DNA of 52,623 bases from Verrucomicrobiota bacterium (lineage in GTDB: Bacteria; Verrucomicrobiota; Lentisphaeria; Lentisphaerales; Lentisphaeraceae): the NCBI GenBank assembly GCA_039798785.1, contig JBDKFG010000031.1, forward strand, positions 1 through 52,623, read 5' to 3'. The position numbers were made by a program, and so were the translations under genes. Below, piece by piece: positions 36,226 to 45,958 of the stretch. The first letter of the stretch is position 1, and every line of letters starts with the position of its first letter. The notes under the pieces are model-generated. The model worked only from the letters and a program-made list of their open reading frames with translations, was not told the origin of the DNA and ran no database searches.

Positions 36226-37785
36226 TCATTTCCCCTCCGATCGCGGCGAGAAGCCGGCGGGGAGCTGGCGGGATTTGAGGTGGTCGGCGAGGCGGCGGCT
36301 GATCTGGGCCTTGCCGGAATCGGCGCGGATCTGCAGGCCCTGGCGGGCGCTGAGAAGGCCGCAGTCGATCAGGTCGAGAGAGGCGGCGGTCTGCGGGGCG
36401 CTGAGGACGTTGGAGCGGTAGACCAGGGCGGCGTCGAGGCTGGAGGAGAGGAGCTGGCTGACCAGCATGTCGCCGCTGTTGCTGAAGACCAGCGGGTTGA
36501 CTTCGATCGAGGCGGTTTTCAAGGCCTCGGCGCTGAGGATGCCGAGGGCGGCGCGTTTGGGTTCGGCGAGGCCGACGCGGAGATCGCTGCGGGTCAGATC
36601 CGCGAGACCCTTGATGTCTTTCGGATTGCCCTTGGCCACCGCCAGAACCAGATCGTTGCGGCTGAAGTCCTCGGCGCTTCCCATCTGCTTCGCCATCTGC
36701 TCGTTGTAGCGCCAGTCGCAGGAGACGAAGAGCTCGGGCAGAGTGCCGGTCGACATCTGCGAAGTCAAGGTGCCGCAGCCTTCGAAGACGGTGGTGATGT
36801 CGCAACCTTCGCGCTGGGCGAAGCTGTCGAGTCCGGGCTGCACGGCGGGGCGCAGCATGCTGCCGGCCATGACCAGGAGCTTGGGACGCGGGGTCCAGGC
36901 ATCGCCCGGGACAGGCGTGAGTCCGGCGGACTTCCAGATCGGCGCGCCGTGTTCGGGCGAAGCGAGGAAGCGGGCGAAGGCGAGGGCTTCGACGGGGCGT
37001 CCCTTGCTCGCGGGCAGACCGGCGATGGCGAGCGAGGCGCAGCCCTCGAGCTCGGGCAAGGCGATGAGTTCGAGCTGGGGATAAGCTTGCGCCATCGAAT
37101 CCCAGAGGAAGGTGGCATCGGCGGCGCCGACGCTGAGGTCGGCGGCGACTTCGGTGACGGTGGGCTTGAGGGCGAGGGCCTTGGCCTGCAGCGGCGCCCA
37201 GGCCTCCTTGAGGTGGCGTCGGCAGAGGCTTCCGATCGAGGCGGCGTCGGGGTGGCAGAGGAGGAGGCGGACTTCGGGCCGCCGGAGATCGCTGAGCGAG
37301 CTGATCTTCTTGGGATTGCCCTTGGCGACGGCGAGACAAACCTGCTGGCGAGCGAGGGGGATTCCTTCGGCGAGGAGGCCTTTCTGGCGGGCGTGGGCGA
37401 AGGATTCTTCGTCGGCGCTGATCAGCAGGTCGCCGGGGGCGCCGGAGGCGAGCGAGGCGACGAGGCTGCCGGAGCCGCCGAACTGCAGCTGGACGCTTTG
37501 TCCGGCGGTCGCTGTGTAGGCGGCGGCGGCCTTTTCGAGACCCGGTTTGAGGCTGGCGGCGGCGAGGACGAGGAGGGGTTTTGCTGTCGGCTGGGAGGCG
37601 GCGGCATCGCCTTGCTGCGGTTTGCAGGAGGCGCAAATGACGAGGAGGAGGGCGAGGAAAAAGTTGCAAGGTAAAGCGGCAAGGAAGTTGCAAGGTTGGA
37701 AGGTTGAAAGGTTGAAAGGTAAAGCGGCATGAGCAGGAGCAGGGCTTGTGCTCTGAGAGGTCAAATTTTGAAGCTGCTTATTCAT
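36226..37785 (-). CDS. modA: Tandem two-domain molybdate-binding ModA-like lipoprotein (start uncertain)
   Basis: Lipobox VICASC; domain 1 AAASLK...FGGSGSL; domain 2 AGSMLR...FEGCGTL; both contain AVAKGNPK. Confidence 0.8.
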   Translation of the reverse strand: MNKQLQNLTSQSTSPAPAHAALPFNLSTFQPCNFLAALPCNFFLALLLVICASCKPQQGDAAASQPTAKPLLVLAAASLKPGLEKAAAAYTATAGQSVQLQFGGSGSLVASLASGAPGDLLISADEESFAHARQKGLLAEGIPLARQQVCLAVAKGNPKKISSLSDLRRPEVRLLLCHPDAASIGSLCRRHLKEAWAPLQAKALALKPTVTEVAADLSVGAADATFLWDSMAQAYPQLELIALPELEGCASLAIAGLPASKGRPVEALAFARFLASPEHGAPIWKSAGLTPVPGDAWTPRPKLLVMAGSMLRPAVQPGLDSFAQREGCDITTVFEGCGTLTSQMSTGTLPELFVSCDWRYNEQMAKQMGSAEDFSRNDLVLAVAKGNPKDIKGLADLTRSDLRVGLAEPKRAALGILSAEALKTASIEVNPLVFSNSGDMLVSQLLSSSLDAALVYRSNVLSAPQTAASLDLIDCGLLSARQGLQIRADSGKAQISRRLADHLKSRQLPAGFSPRSEGK

Positions 37786-37844
37786 GATGCGTTTCAACCT
37801 AGTGCTTGTCGTTGCTCACTCGTTCGCCTTTCAACCTTTCAACC
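37663..37844. repeat. Inverted octamer clusters overlapping the modA-like 5' end
   Basis: GGTTG(A/G)AA-type units at 37663-37724 face TTTCAACC units at 37829-37844. Confidence 0.7.
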
Positions 37845-37857
37845 CGGTTCTTGTTGT

Positions 37858-38919
37858 TTACTCGTTCCGGGACAAGAGGTGGCGGGTGGCGAGACCGAGG
37901 AGCAGCAGCAAGAGCAGGCTGCCGACGATCACGGCGCTGAGGGGAAAGCTAGCACTCTTTGCGGTAGCCGCAGTGGGCACTGGCGTCGCGGGTTTTGCGG
38001 CGGGCGCAGGGGCGCTGAGTTCCTGCAGGCCGCTGAGGGGCGGCAGGGCCTTTTCGATGACCACCGGGGCGGCGCTGACGTGGCTGGCCCATTCCGCTTC
38101 GAGGAGCAGGTCTTCGCCGGGGTTCTGGCTCTGCACGGTGCAGGAGCATTTGCCGCAGACGTAGCCGATGGTGTTTTCCACGGCGCCGTCGGAGAAGCGT
38201 TCGGCGGGAAGGGGCGGCAAGGCGCGGCCGCGGCCGAAGACCGGGGCGGCCCAGGGGCCGGCGGGGGCGGCGTCGCCGCCGAGCATGGCGAGGAGGATCT
38301 CTTCCTGCGGGTCCTGGCGATCGATTTCGATGATCGAGTAGCTGAGCTTCAGCGGGATGGCGGAGCGCAAGTGATTGTCGAGCTCGGTCGTGCTGTCGAT
38401 CTTGCCGAAAGCGACGACGGATTTCGACAGGCTTTGTTTCTGCATCGCTTCATCGGCGGCTTTTTTCAGCGCTGCCAAGGCGGCGGCGTCTTCTTGAGCC
38501 TTGCCGGAGCGGACCAGGAGCCAGACCACCGATTCGCCTCCGAGCAGGGAGGCGACCAGTTTTTTCCGCACCGGCGAAGCGAGGATCTTGTCGGCGCTGG
38601 CCACATCGGCGAAGCCGTTCCACACCGGGCGGCCCTCGGGATTGAAGAGATTGAGCGAGGCGCCTTCGCTGGAGGCCTCGGACGACGGGAGCACTTCCAC
38701 CTGGACGTTGCAATTGGGGCCCGATTTGGCTTTGATCCGGGCGATCATCGCCTGTTCTTCCGGCTTCAAGTCACCTTGGTGGCTCACTTTCAGGGTCCAG
38801 ACGTGGGCGCTCCAGCGTTCCAGGGCGTAGCGGAACACCGGCACTTCGCAGGCGATGGCGATGCCGCTGAAAAGGAGCAGGAGCAGCGATGTCAGTCGAA
38901 AGGGTCGGGGAGTGTTCAT
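37858..38919 (-). CDS. Conserved exported hypothetical protein (CxVPVFRYALERW type) with CSC motif and C-terminal TM anchor
   Basis: Signal peptide, then ACEVPVFRYALERW; PVFGRGRAL; CGKCSCTVQSQNPG; SD GGAAGGA. Confidence 0.75.
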   Translation of the reverse strand: MNTPRPFRLTSLLLLLFSGIAIACEVPVFRYALERWSAHVWTLKVSHQGDLKPEEQAMIARIKAKSGPNCNVQVEVLPSSEASSEGASLNLFNPEGRPVWNGFADVASADKILASPVRKKLVASLLGGESVVWLLVRSGKAQEDAAALAALKKAADEAMQKQSLSKSVVAFGKIDSTTELDNHLRSAIPLKLSYSIIEIDRQDPQEEILLAMLGGDAAPAGPWAAPVFGRGRALPPLPAERFSDGAVENTIGYVCGKCSCTVQSQNPGEDLLLEAEWASHVSAAPVVIEKALPPLSGLQELSAPAPAAKPATPVPTAATAKSASFPLSAVIVGSLLLLLLLGLATRHLLSRNE

Positions 38920-39104
38920 CGTCCTTCCTGGGTGGGAGCTTGAATCAAGAGCAGTAAAAGCCGGGTCGGGGGTCGGGCTCTGCAGAAAACTTATGCGGAT
39001 TAAGCATTTCTTATAGAGATTTCGGGGTGGCTGGGTTCGAGACGGTCCTGCCGGTCATCTGTTCCCGGGAAGGGCGGAATGTTACGTCCATTTGGCGTCC
39101 GGCT

Positions 39105-40028
39105 TCATGGCGCCGTTGGGTTTTCCTGGCGGCGGGCGTGGGCGGCCTTGCGCTTTTCGCAGAGGAGGATGGCGCCGAAGGTGATGGAGGCGCCGAGGAA
39201 GGCGTGGGCGGAGAGATGTTCGCCGAGGATGAGGATGGAGAGGAGGACGCCGGAGACCGGTTCGGCGAGGCGCCAGGAGGAGAGGCGGGCGACCTTCTGG
39301 GAATGGATCAGGCCGTACCAGACCGAGAAGGCGACGACCGAGATGAAGGCGAGCCAGAGGGTGGCGCCGAGGGCGACGGCATCCATTTGCGGCGGCAGCT
39401 CCCAGGCGGCGCTGCCGCTGCAGAGGAGGAGGGCGAGGGAGCCGCAGAGCATCGAGCTGCCGTTGACGAGGCTAAGGGGGTGTTGGCGGGTGAGGGGTTT
39501 GACGAAGAGCATGGCGCTGACCGAGGTGAAGGCGGCGGCGAGGATGAGGCCGACGCCGAGGAGGCTGGCGGACTGGCGTTCGTCCCAGAGGCAGATGGCG
39601 ACGCCGGCGAGGCCGAGGAGGACTGGCAGGAGGTCGGCCGGCTGCCATTTTTCGCTGCGGTCGAAGAGCGGCGCGGCGACGAGCCACCAGATGTTGCCTG
39701 CGGCCATGCAGATGGCCGCAATGGCGCCGCCGCAATGGGCCATGCCCCAGTAGAACAGGATGTAGGTGATGAAGACCTGGCAGAAGCAGAAGCCGAGGAA
39801 TTGGCGGCGCGGCAGGCTGGCGAGGAGGGCGAGGGAGCGGCGGGCGAGGAAGAGGAGGATGAGGCCGGCGAGGAGGAAGCGCCAGCCGGCGAAGGAGCAG
39901 CGTCCCTGGAAGTCGAGGGGCGGCATGTGCTGCTGCGCCAGGCGGATCACCGGGAAGGCGCTGCCCCAGAGGACGCAGGCGCCGAGGGCGCGGAAGGCGA
40001 ATTGCCAGCGGGGGGCGTCAGGGCTCAT
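39105..40028 (-). CDS. DMT/EamA family transporter
   Basis: About 10 TM helices; LWGSAFP, AGWRF and EPVSGVLLSILILGE. Confidence 0.9.
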   Translation of the reverse strand: MSPDAPRWQFAFRALGACVLWGSAFPVIRLAQQHMPPLDFQGRCSFAGWRFLLAGLILLFLARRSLALLASLPRRQFLGFCFCQVFITYILFYWGMAHCGGAIAAICMAAGNIWWLVAAPLFDRSEKWQPADLLPVLLGLAGVAICLWDERQSASLLGVGLILAAAFTSVSAMLFVKPLTRQHPLSLVNGSSMLCGSLALLLCSGSAAWELPPQMDAVALGATLWLAFISVVAFSVWYGLIHSQKVARLSSWRLAEPVSGVLLSILILGEHLSAHAFLGASITFGAILLCEKRKAAHARRQENPTAP

Positions 40029-40034
40029 GGGGGC

Positions 40035-40646
40035 TCAGAAGGGGTTGCGGCGGGCGATCGCCATCGCCATTGAGGCCGAGTCGGTGTGGCTGAGGTCGGC
40101 GCCGAGGGGGATGCCCTGGGCGAGGCGGGAGAGGAGCAGTCCTGGGCGGGCGACGAGTTCGGCGACGTAGGCGGCGGTGGCCTGGCCTTCGATGTCGGTC
40201 GAGGTGGCGAGGAGGATTTCGCGGCATTCGGCCTCGGCGGCGCGGCGGCGGAGATCATCGAGGTGCAAGTCTCCGGGGCCGACGCCGTCGAGCGGGCTGA
40301 GCTTGCCGCCGAGGACGTGGTAGCAGCCGCGGTAGCCGGACTTTTCGACCGGCACCGCCATAGCCACCGATTCGACGACGCAGATCAGGCCGCGGTCGCG
40401 GCGGGGATCGGCGCAGACCGGGCAGAGTTCGCCCTTGTGCAGGTCAGTGGGGAGGTGGCAGAGGCGGCAGTCGCCGACTTCGGCAGGCAGGGCGGCGAGG
40501 CGGGCGGCGAGGTTTTTCAGGTCCTCCGGCTTCCAGTCGAGCAGGGCCAGGGCGGCGCGCTCGGCCGAGCGGCGGCCGAGGCCGGGCAGTCGGGCGAGGG
40601 ATTCCGCCAGGCGGCGGAGGGCTTCGGGGTGCAATTCGCGCGACAC
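40035..40646 (-). CDS. recR: Recombination mediator RecR
   Basis: LPGLGRRSAERAA, CxxC...CxxC, ICVVE, YHVLGGKLSPLDGVGP and EGQATA; GTG start. Confidence 0.95.
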   Translation of the reverse strand: MSRELHPEALRRLAESLARLPGLGRRSAERAALALLDWKPEDLKNLAARLAALPAEVGDCRLCHLPTDLHKGELCPVCADPRRDRGLICVVESVAMAVPVEKSGYRGCYHVLGGKLSPLDGVGPGDLHLDDLRRRAAEAECREILLATSTDIEGQATAAYVAELVARPGLLLSRLAQGIPLGADLSHTDSASMAMAIARRNPF

Positions 40647-40675
40647 GGTCGGCTGTTCCTGGAGGGATTGCAGGC

Positions 40676-41227
40676 TCAGCCGGCGCCGAGCACCAGCTGC
40701 ACCGAGGAGCCGAAGAGCTCTTCGATCTGGGCGACTCTTTCGCTCAAGGACTGGTCGGCGCGGAGCAGGCGGACCAGTTCGGCGGCGGGGACGGAAGGGG
40801 GCCTTTCGCAGTGGAAGGCGAAGGCGAGGGAGGGCCGGTGCAGGCGGCCGTCGGCGAGGTCGACGATCTCGGTGTCGCCGAAGATCAGCGCCAGGTCGGC
40901 GATAGGCAGGGGCGACTTGGCTTCTTCGGTGACTTCGAGGATGTCGGCGGCGATGCCGGCGAGGAGGGCGTCGAGATCCCAGCCGAGCAGGCCGACGTTG
41001 TGGTGCTTCATCGTCTTCATCAGGCTCTTCAGCTGAGTCTCGTCGATGTCGAATTCCTCGACGTCGTAGGGATTGGCGGCTTCGAGTCCGTTGTAGGAGA
41101 CGCGGTGGCGGGCGCCGCAGTAGTCGTATTCGGCGACGCACGCGAGGAGCTCCTCGATCAGCTCGCGACCGGGCTTGAAGCCGGAATCGGAGCTGAGCAG
41201 GTAGATGACGCAATCTTCGGTCTGCAT
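40676..41227 (-). CDS. Hypothetical protein
   Basis: Host-like codon usage; AGGA SD upstream of MQTED; co-oriented with recR. Confidence 0.6.
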   Translation of the reverse strand: MQTEDCVIYLLSSDSGFKPGRELIEELLACVAEYDYCGARHRVSYNGLEAANPYDVEEFDIDETQLKSLMKTMKHHNVGLLGWDLDALLAGIAADILEVTEEAKSPLPIADLALIFGDTEIVDLADGRLHRPSLAFAFHCERPPSVPAAELVRLLRADQSLSERVAQIEELFGSSVQLVLGAG

Positions 41228-41396
41228 GGGGGATTTCCTGGATTTGTTGGGGGCTAGTCTAGCGCGGAAACAGGAACGCACCGCCTGCAACGGCGGCAAA
41301 ATCCCGGCCGTCCGCCCTCGATTCGGAGATGCCAGGGTGCGAGATACGGGCGAGTGAGGCGAACAGGAGGGGAAACCAGATCAAGGATCCCTGCCG

Positions 41397-44300
41397 ATGC
41401 CGAGAAAGACGAAATTCCGAGTTCCCGCCGCCATCATTCCGTCTCGGCAGGACCGCCCGTGGAAACGGCCTCTGGGCGCGCTGATCGGGCTGGCCGCCCT
41501 CGCCGGATGCCTGGCTCTGGCTTGCTGTCTGATTCCCGCGAAACCACTGCAGGGAGCCGCCGCGCTGCAAGCCATCCGTGAGGCGCCGCCGGAGAAGCTG
41601 GCGCCGCCGCCGGAAGGAAAGGTGCTGGTCGAGACCTGGGATTACCCCGCCCAGGACATTCCCGACGATTGTCCCGCGCTTTTCAGCCAATGCCCGGATC
41701 TGGTGAGGAGATCCAGCGATTTCGACATCGAGAGGCGCGTCCTGTCATCGCGGCACAGCCTCACCCGGGTGCGGGCTTATTTGCGTCCGGAGCGGAGCGG
41801 CGCCTACCGCTTCGCCTATGCCGGCGATCCGCATGCCAGGCTGTTTTTGCAGGAGTCCGGGGCCCCGCCGCAGCTGCTGCTCAAGGCGGACGCGGGCAGC
41901 CGACTGAAAACCTGGGACCGGAAGGATCAGGTCTCCGAAGGTGTGAGACTTGCCGCCGGCAAGACGTATCTGATCGAGCTGCTCGCCGGCCGTCGCTGGC
42001 CCGATCCCCGGCCTTTCGAGCTGTCCTGGGAAGGTCCAGGCTTCGCCCGCAGGACTCTCTCCGGTCCTGAGCTGCAGGTTTTTCCGGCTCCGGACTACAA
42101 GCCCACTTTCCGCGCCGACACGGTCAATGTCCTCTGTGGCCGCGAGATCCGTTTCTCGCCCCTGGCGAACGACAGCATTCAGGGCGGAGTTCCGGACTTG
42201 CTGGGCGCCGGCCCTTCGCGTCTCGGGACTTTCCGCATCGAGGGCGGACACCTGGTCTTCTCGGCCGGCGCGGAGGCCGGGCGCGAAGAGCTGCTCTGCC
42301 GTTTTCGTCATTCGGGCCGGGAATTCACCTCGAAACTGGTGCTGGTGACCAGTCCGGAGCTGCGCGACGCCGAGCTGCGCCGGCAGCTGCTCGACGGGAT
42401 CGTCCGGCTACCTGCCGATCTCGCCAAGGGGCGTCGGCTCCTGCCCGCCGGCCCGCAGACGGCGGCCCTTTTCGACCTGAAAAACGGGCGCAGCGGCAGC
42501 AGCCGTGAAGCCACCGTCGTCCTCGCCCACTGGGGCCGCGGGCGGATGGCGGCGATGCCGGCCTGGATGCTTGAAGACGAGGGACGTTGGCGCGACCAGT
42601 CCCGGCGGCTTTTTGAACGTCTCCTCGGCTGGATGAAGCCGGGGGCGCCGAATCTTGTCCGCAGCCCGACGGCCAGCGCCTGGCCACCGGGAGGCGAGTC
42701 CTGGCGTCGTCGTATCGACGAGGCCGACCTCCTCGTCGTCCACGAGCGCGACCTGCAGGCCGGGGATCTCGAGGTGCTGAGCCGGGCATGCTGTTCCGGC
42801 AAGGGGCTGCTGCTCGGGGTTGAGAGTGAGCGGCCTTCACCGGCTTCAAGTCTCCTGGCTCAGGCCGGCATTCTCGCATACGGGTGGGTCGAGGGAAGCT
42901 ATGAAGCGGGACGCAGCACACCGCTCTTCCAGGGGGGCGAACTGCTGCAGAAGCTGCTGGGGAAGGAGGAGCTGCCAGTGGAGCGGCACCTGGCCATGAT
43001 GGTCGACGGGCACGCCCTCGACCAGGCTCTCATTGCCGGCTGGACCGCCGCCGACGCCCAGTTCCGCCTCTGTGATGCCGACTTGATCGCCTACAATCAG
43101 ACGTTGAATTTGACGCCGAGCCTGCAGAGGCGCCTGTCTGGCAAGATGGCCCAATACCTGATCCAGCGTGAAAGCGAGGCCTTGAAGCAAGGTGACCTGG
43201 GCGAAGTCAGGGCCCATCGCAGCGCCCTGCAGCCCGGATCGGCTCTGTACGTGCCCTTGCAGACGCCGCCGCTCGAATCGCAGAAGGTCGAGATCGACAC
43301 GGCGATGAGCGGCTACATCCCGACCGGCTGCTACGCCCTCGCCGGCCGGGAAGTTCTGGTCAAGGTGCCGTCGCGGATTGCCGGGCAAGGCCTGATCCTG
43401 CGCATCGGCGATTATGGCGGCGGCGCCGGGGAGAATCCCGCCCGCATGGGGGGGCAGCAGCGCGACTTCACCGTCAAGGACGAGCTTACGCGCGTCGTAT
43501 CGCCCTTCGGCGGCCTGATCTATTTCTATTCCGAGGTTTCCCGAATCTCGCCGGAGCAGCGAGGCGTCGCCCCCTTCACCGCGGAGATCTGCGGCGCCAT
43601 TGCCGCGCCGCTCTTCATCCTCGGCAAGACCAGCCCGGAGGAATGGCGCACCCGGATCCGCCATCTGCCGGGGCCGCAGGCGGAGCTCTGGGGACCTTGT
43701 TTCGCCGCCACCCTGCCGGCCTCGAAGATCCGCGATTTCGACGACCCGAGCGAATCGCTCGCCTACTGGGGGGAATGGGTGAAGGTCTACGACCGGGTCA
43801 ACGGCTGTCCGGAACGCCGCAACACCCCGGAGCGGGTGGTGCTCGACGTCGAGCCCGGCGCCTGGGCGGGATACCCTTTCCACGGCGCCCATGACTGGTT
43901 CAAGGTCTACTTCGCCTGTCCGGGAGCCAGCCGCGATCTGATCAGCAGCGCAGGATTCCCTCACGAGCTAGCCCACCAGGCGCAATCGCGCCCGGATCAC
44001 AGTTGGGGGCGAAACCCCTACACCAAGAACTTCGAACAGACGATCACCATCTTCGACGGCGCCGGCACCCGTGCCCTCGGAATCCGTCCGCAGCGCAACG
44101 GCTGGGTCAGCTCGCGCCCCTACGCCGATGAATCGATGCGTCAGATGCTGCGCGCCGCCGAGGGGGCTTCCAATCCCGCCAGCCACGGCGGCGAGAATCT
44201 ATTCCCCGCCTTCGCCGAAGGAGAGCTCTATGTCTTCCTAGGCCATGTATTCGGCGACAGCATCTGGCCGAAGTTCTTCGCCGATTACGCCCGCGACGAA

Positions 44301-45278
44301 GAGCGGATGCCGCATCGCCTGCCGAAAAACGATGCCGAAAAACGGGACCAGTGGCTGATCCGATTCTCGCGGATCAGCGGCTACGACATGCGGGAGTTCT
44401 TCGTCGAACGGCTCAAACTGCCGGTCAGCCCCTCGGCGCTGGCCGAGCTCAAGTCGCTGCGCCTGCCGGTCTTCCGGCCCGCGCTCGGCGGCGTCAGCGA
44501 GGCCGCTACCCTGCCCGGCGTCCCGGTTGAGATCGATCTCGGTAGCACCGGACTCAGTTTCGACGGCATTTGCAGAATCGGCAAGGTCTCGATCAGCGGC
44601 GGTCAGCTCGTCCCCAGCGCTCCCGGCATCTGGACCTTTGTCCCGGCGCCGGGATTCAGCGGCGTCGCCGAAGGCGGCTATGAAAGCGTTTCCAGCTCCG
44701 GCTTCCTCCATCGCAACCGCCTGAAGGTCTACGTCTCTCCCGGAGGCGTCGAGGTCTCCCTCTATCCGCGCGGTGCCGCCGAGCATCCTGACGCCTGCGC
44801 CACCCTCGCACCTTTGCACCGCGGATTCTGCGACCAGTTCCGCAGCCCCTGGCGCATGGGCGGCGGCCACCTGGTACGGCTCTCCGGCCTTCTTCAGGCT
44901 GAGCTCGGCGGCGGCTATGAGTTCGCTTGCACCCACTCCTCCACCGCCAGAATCTGGATCGCCGAGGAGGGCCAGCCTCTGCCGCCGCAGCCGGTCCTGA
45001 TCAGCCGAGGCTGGCGCGGACCCGAACGCCACGGCGGCGAGGCTTTCAAGCTTGAGCTGCAGGCGGGACGCAAATACCGGGTGGAAGTCCTGATGGATCA
45101 GCAGCCCCCCGATGCGGCCTCGTCGAAGCTGTTCAAGGGCGGCTGGTCCGAGGATTTCATCGCTCTCTATTGGACCCCGCCAGCTCAGACCGGGCTGTTC
45201 CCGATCGAGGCGCCCCAGCTGAAGCTTTTGCAGACGCCGGACCGGATACGCCTCCTCCCCATGCAGACGCTGCGTTGA
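41397..45278 (+). CDS. Large M60/enhancin-like metallopeptidase with PA14 and Ig-like domains
   Basis: PTGCYALAG, SPFGGLIY, APLFILG, GPQAEL and PHELAH...FE; PA14-like segments at both ends; PLANDS Ig-like motif. Confidence 0.8.
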   Translation: MPRKTKFRVPAAIIPSRQDRPWKRPLGALIGLAALAGCLALACCLIPAKPLQGAAALQAIREAPPEKLAPPPEGKVLVETWDYPAQDIPDDCPALFSQCPDLVRRSSDFDIERRVLSSRHSLTRVRAYLRPERSGAYRFAYAGDPHARLFLQESGAPPQLLLKADAGSRLKTWDRKDQVSEGVRLAAGKTYLIELLAGRRWPDPRPFELSWEGPGFARRTLSGPELQVFPAPDYKPTFRADTVNVLCGREIRFSPLANDSIQGGVPDLLGAGPSRLGTFRIEGGHLVFSAGAEAGREELLCRFRHSGREFTSKLVLVTSPELRDAELRRQLLDGIVRLPADLAKGRRLLPAGPQTAALFDLKNGRSGSSREATVVLAHWGRGRMAAMPAWMLEDEGRWRDQSRRLFERLLGWMKPGAPNLVRSPTASAWPPGGESWRRRIDEADLLVVHERDLQAGDLEVLSRACCSGKGLLLGVESERPSPASSLLAQAGILAYGWVEGSYEAGRSTPLFQGGELLQKLLGKEELPVERHLAMMVDGHALDQALIAGWTAADAQFRLCDADLIAYNQTLNLTPSLQRRLSGKMAQYLIQRESEALKQGDLGEVRAHRSALQPGSALYVPLQTPPLESQKVEIDTAMSGYIPTGCYALAGREVLVKVPSRIAGQGLILRIGDYGGGAGENPARMGGQQRDFTVKDELTRVVSPFGGLIYFYSEVSRISPEQRGVAPFTAEICGAIAAPLFILGKTSPEEWRTRIRHLPGPQAELWGPCFAATLPASKIRDFDDPSESLAYWGEWVKVYDRVNGCPERRNTPERVVLDVEPGAWAGYPFHGAHDWFKVYFACPGASRDLISSAGFPHELAHQAQSRPDHSWGRNPYTKNFEQTITIFDGAGTRALGIRPQRNGWVSSRPYADESMRQMLRAAEGASNPASHGGENLFPAFAEGELYVFLGHVFGDSIWPKFFADYARDEERMPHRLPKNDAEKRDQWLIRFSRISGYDMREFFVERLKLPVSPSALAELKSLRLPVFRPALGGVSEAATLPGVPVEIDLGSTGLSFDGICRIGKVSISGGQLVPSAPGIWTFVPAPGFSGVAEGGYESVSSSGFLHRNRLKVYVSPGGVEVSLYPRGAAEHPDACATLAPLHRGFCDQFRSPWRMGGGHLVRLSGLLQAELGGGYEFACTHSSTARIWIAEEGQPLPPQPVLISRGWRGPERHGGEAFKLELQAGRKYRVEVLMDQQPPDAASSKLFKGGWSEDFIALYWTPPAQTGLFPIEAPQLKLLQTPDRIRLLPMQTLR

Positions 45279-45413
45279 TTGATGGCAAAATCAGTCATAA
45301 ATCCCGATTTATTATAAAAAGTCGTATGACATAGTGTTCTGAGGCTTGGCAGCGGGCCTGATTTGGTGCGATGTTGGGGTGGGAAAACAACAAAAAAGAA
45401 CAAGAGGCTTCCG

Positions 45414-45929
45414 ATGCAATATCCAACCCGCCGCAACTTCGCGACTGGCTATCTGCGCTTTCTCTGTCTGCTGCTGCCTTTGCAGCTGCTCTTCTGCCTC
45501 TGGGTGGGGATCTTCAAGGAGCTGCCCTTGGTGCAGCGTCTGCCGGCGCCGGTAGCGACCGGGGCGGATGCGGGGCAGTATGCCGCGATCTATCACTACG
45601 TCGAGGCGGAATATCTGGCGCAGAAAAAAGTTTTTGACGAGGCTTGGCGTCAACGCGAGGCGCATCAGCGGCTGATCGTGCTGGTCCTGGCCGCCTTGGG
45701 CCTGGTACTTCTCGGGATCTTCCGTCCCAATCCGATGACGGCTCCTGGTTTGATCATCGCCTGTTTCCTGCTGATGGTGGCGATCTCGATCAACTCGAAC
45801 TATCAGCTTTTGTCGTTGGTCTTGAACGCTTGTTTCTTCCTGCCGGCCTTAAGTTCGGCCCTGCATTTCCGCAGGGTGGAGACCAGCCGCATTGAGCAGG
45901 CAGCGGCGGCGGAGAGCGAGCCGTCCTGA
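45414..45929 (+). CDS. Hypothetical membrane protein
   Basis: Four hydrophobic segments; SD GAGG. Confidence 0.6.
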   Translation: MQYPTRRNFATGYLRFLCLLLPLQLLFCLWVGIFKELPLVQRLPAPVATGADAGQYAAIYHYVEAEYLAQKKVFDEAWRQREAHQRLIVLVLAALGLVLLGIFRPNPMTAPGLIIACFLLMVAISINSNYQLLSLVLNACFFLPALSSALHFRRVETSRIEQAAAAESEPS

Positions 45930-45958
45930 TCGCCGCCGGCCCGGCTGGGTTTCGGGCT

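Noticed and set aside
38940..39030. ModE box or Moco riboswitch upstream of the modA-like operon
   Set aside because: AT-rich promoter-like DNA, but no convincing consensus visible by eye; needs cmscan
30210..40646. Genes between recR and dnaX as an island splitting dnaX-ybaB-recR
   Set aside because: Gene order is not canonical (recR is upstream); no integrase or att sites; codon usage is host-like
40647..41213. Long N-terminal extension of RecR
   Set aside because: Overlaps the upstream gene in another frame; RecR homology starts at 40646
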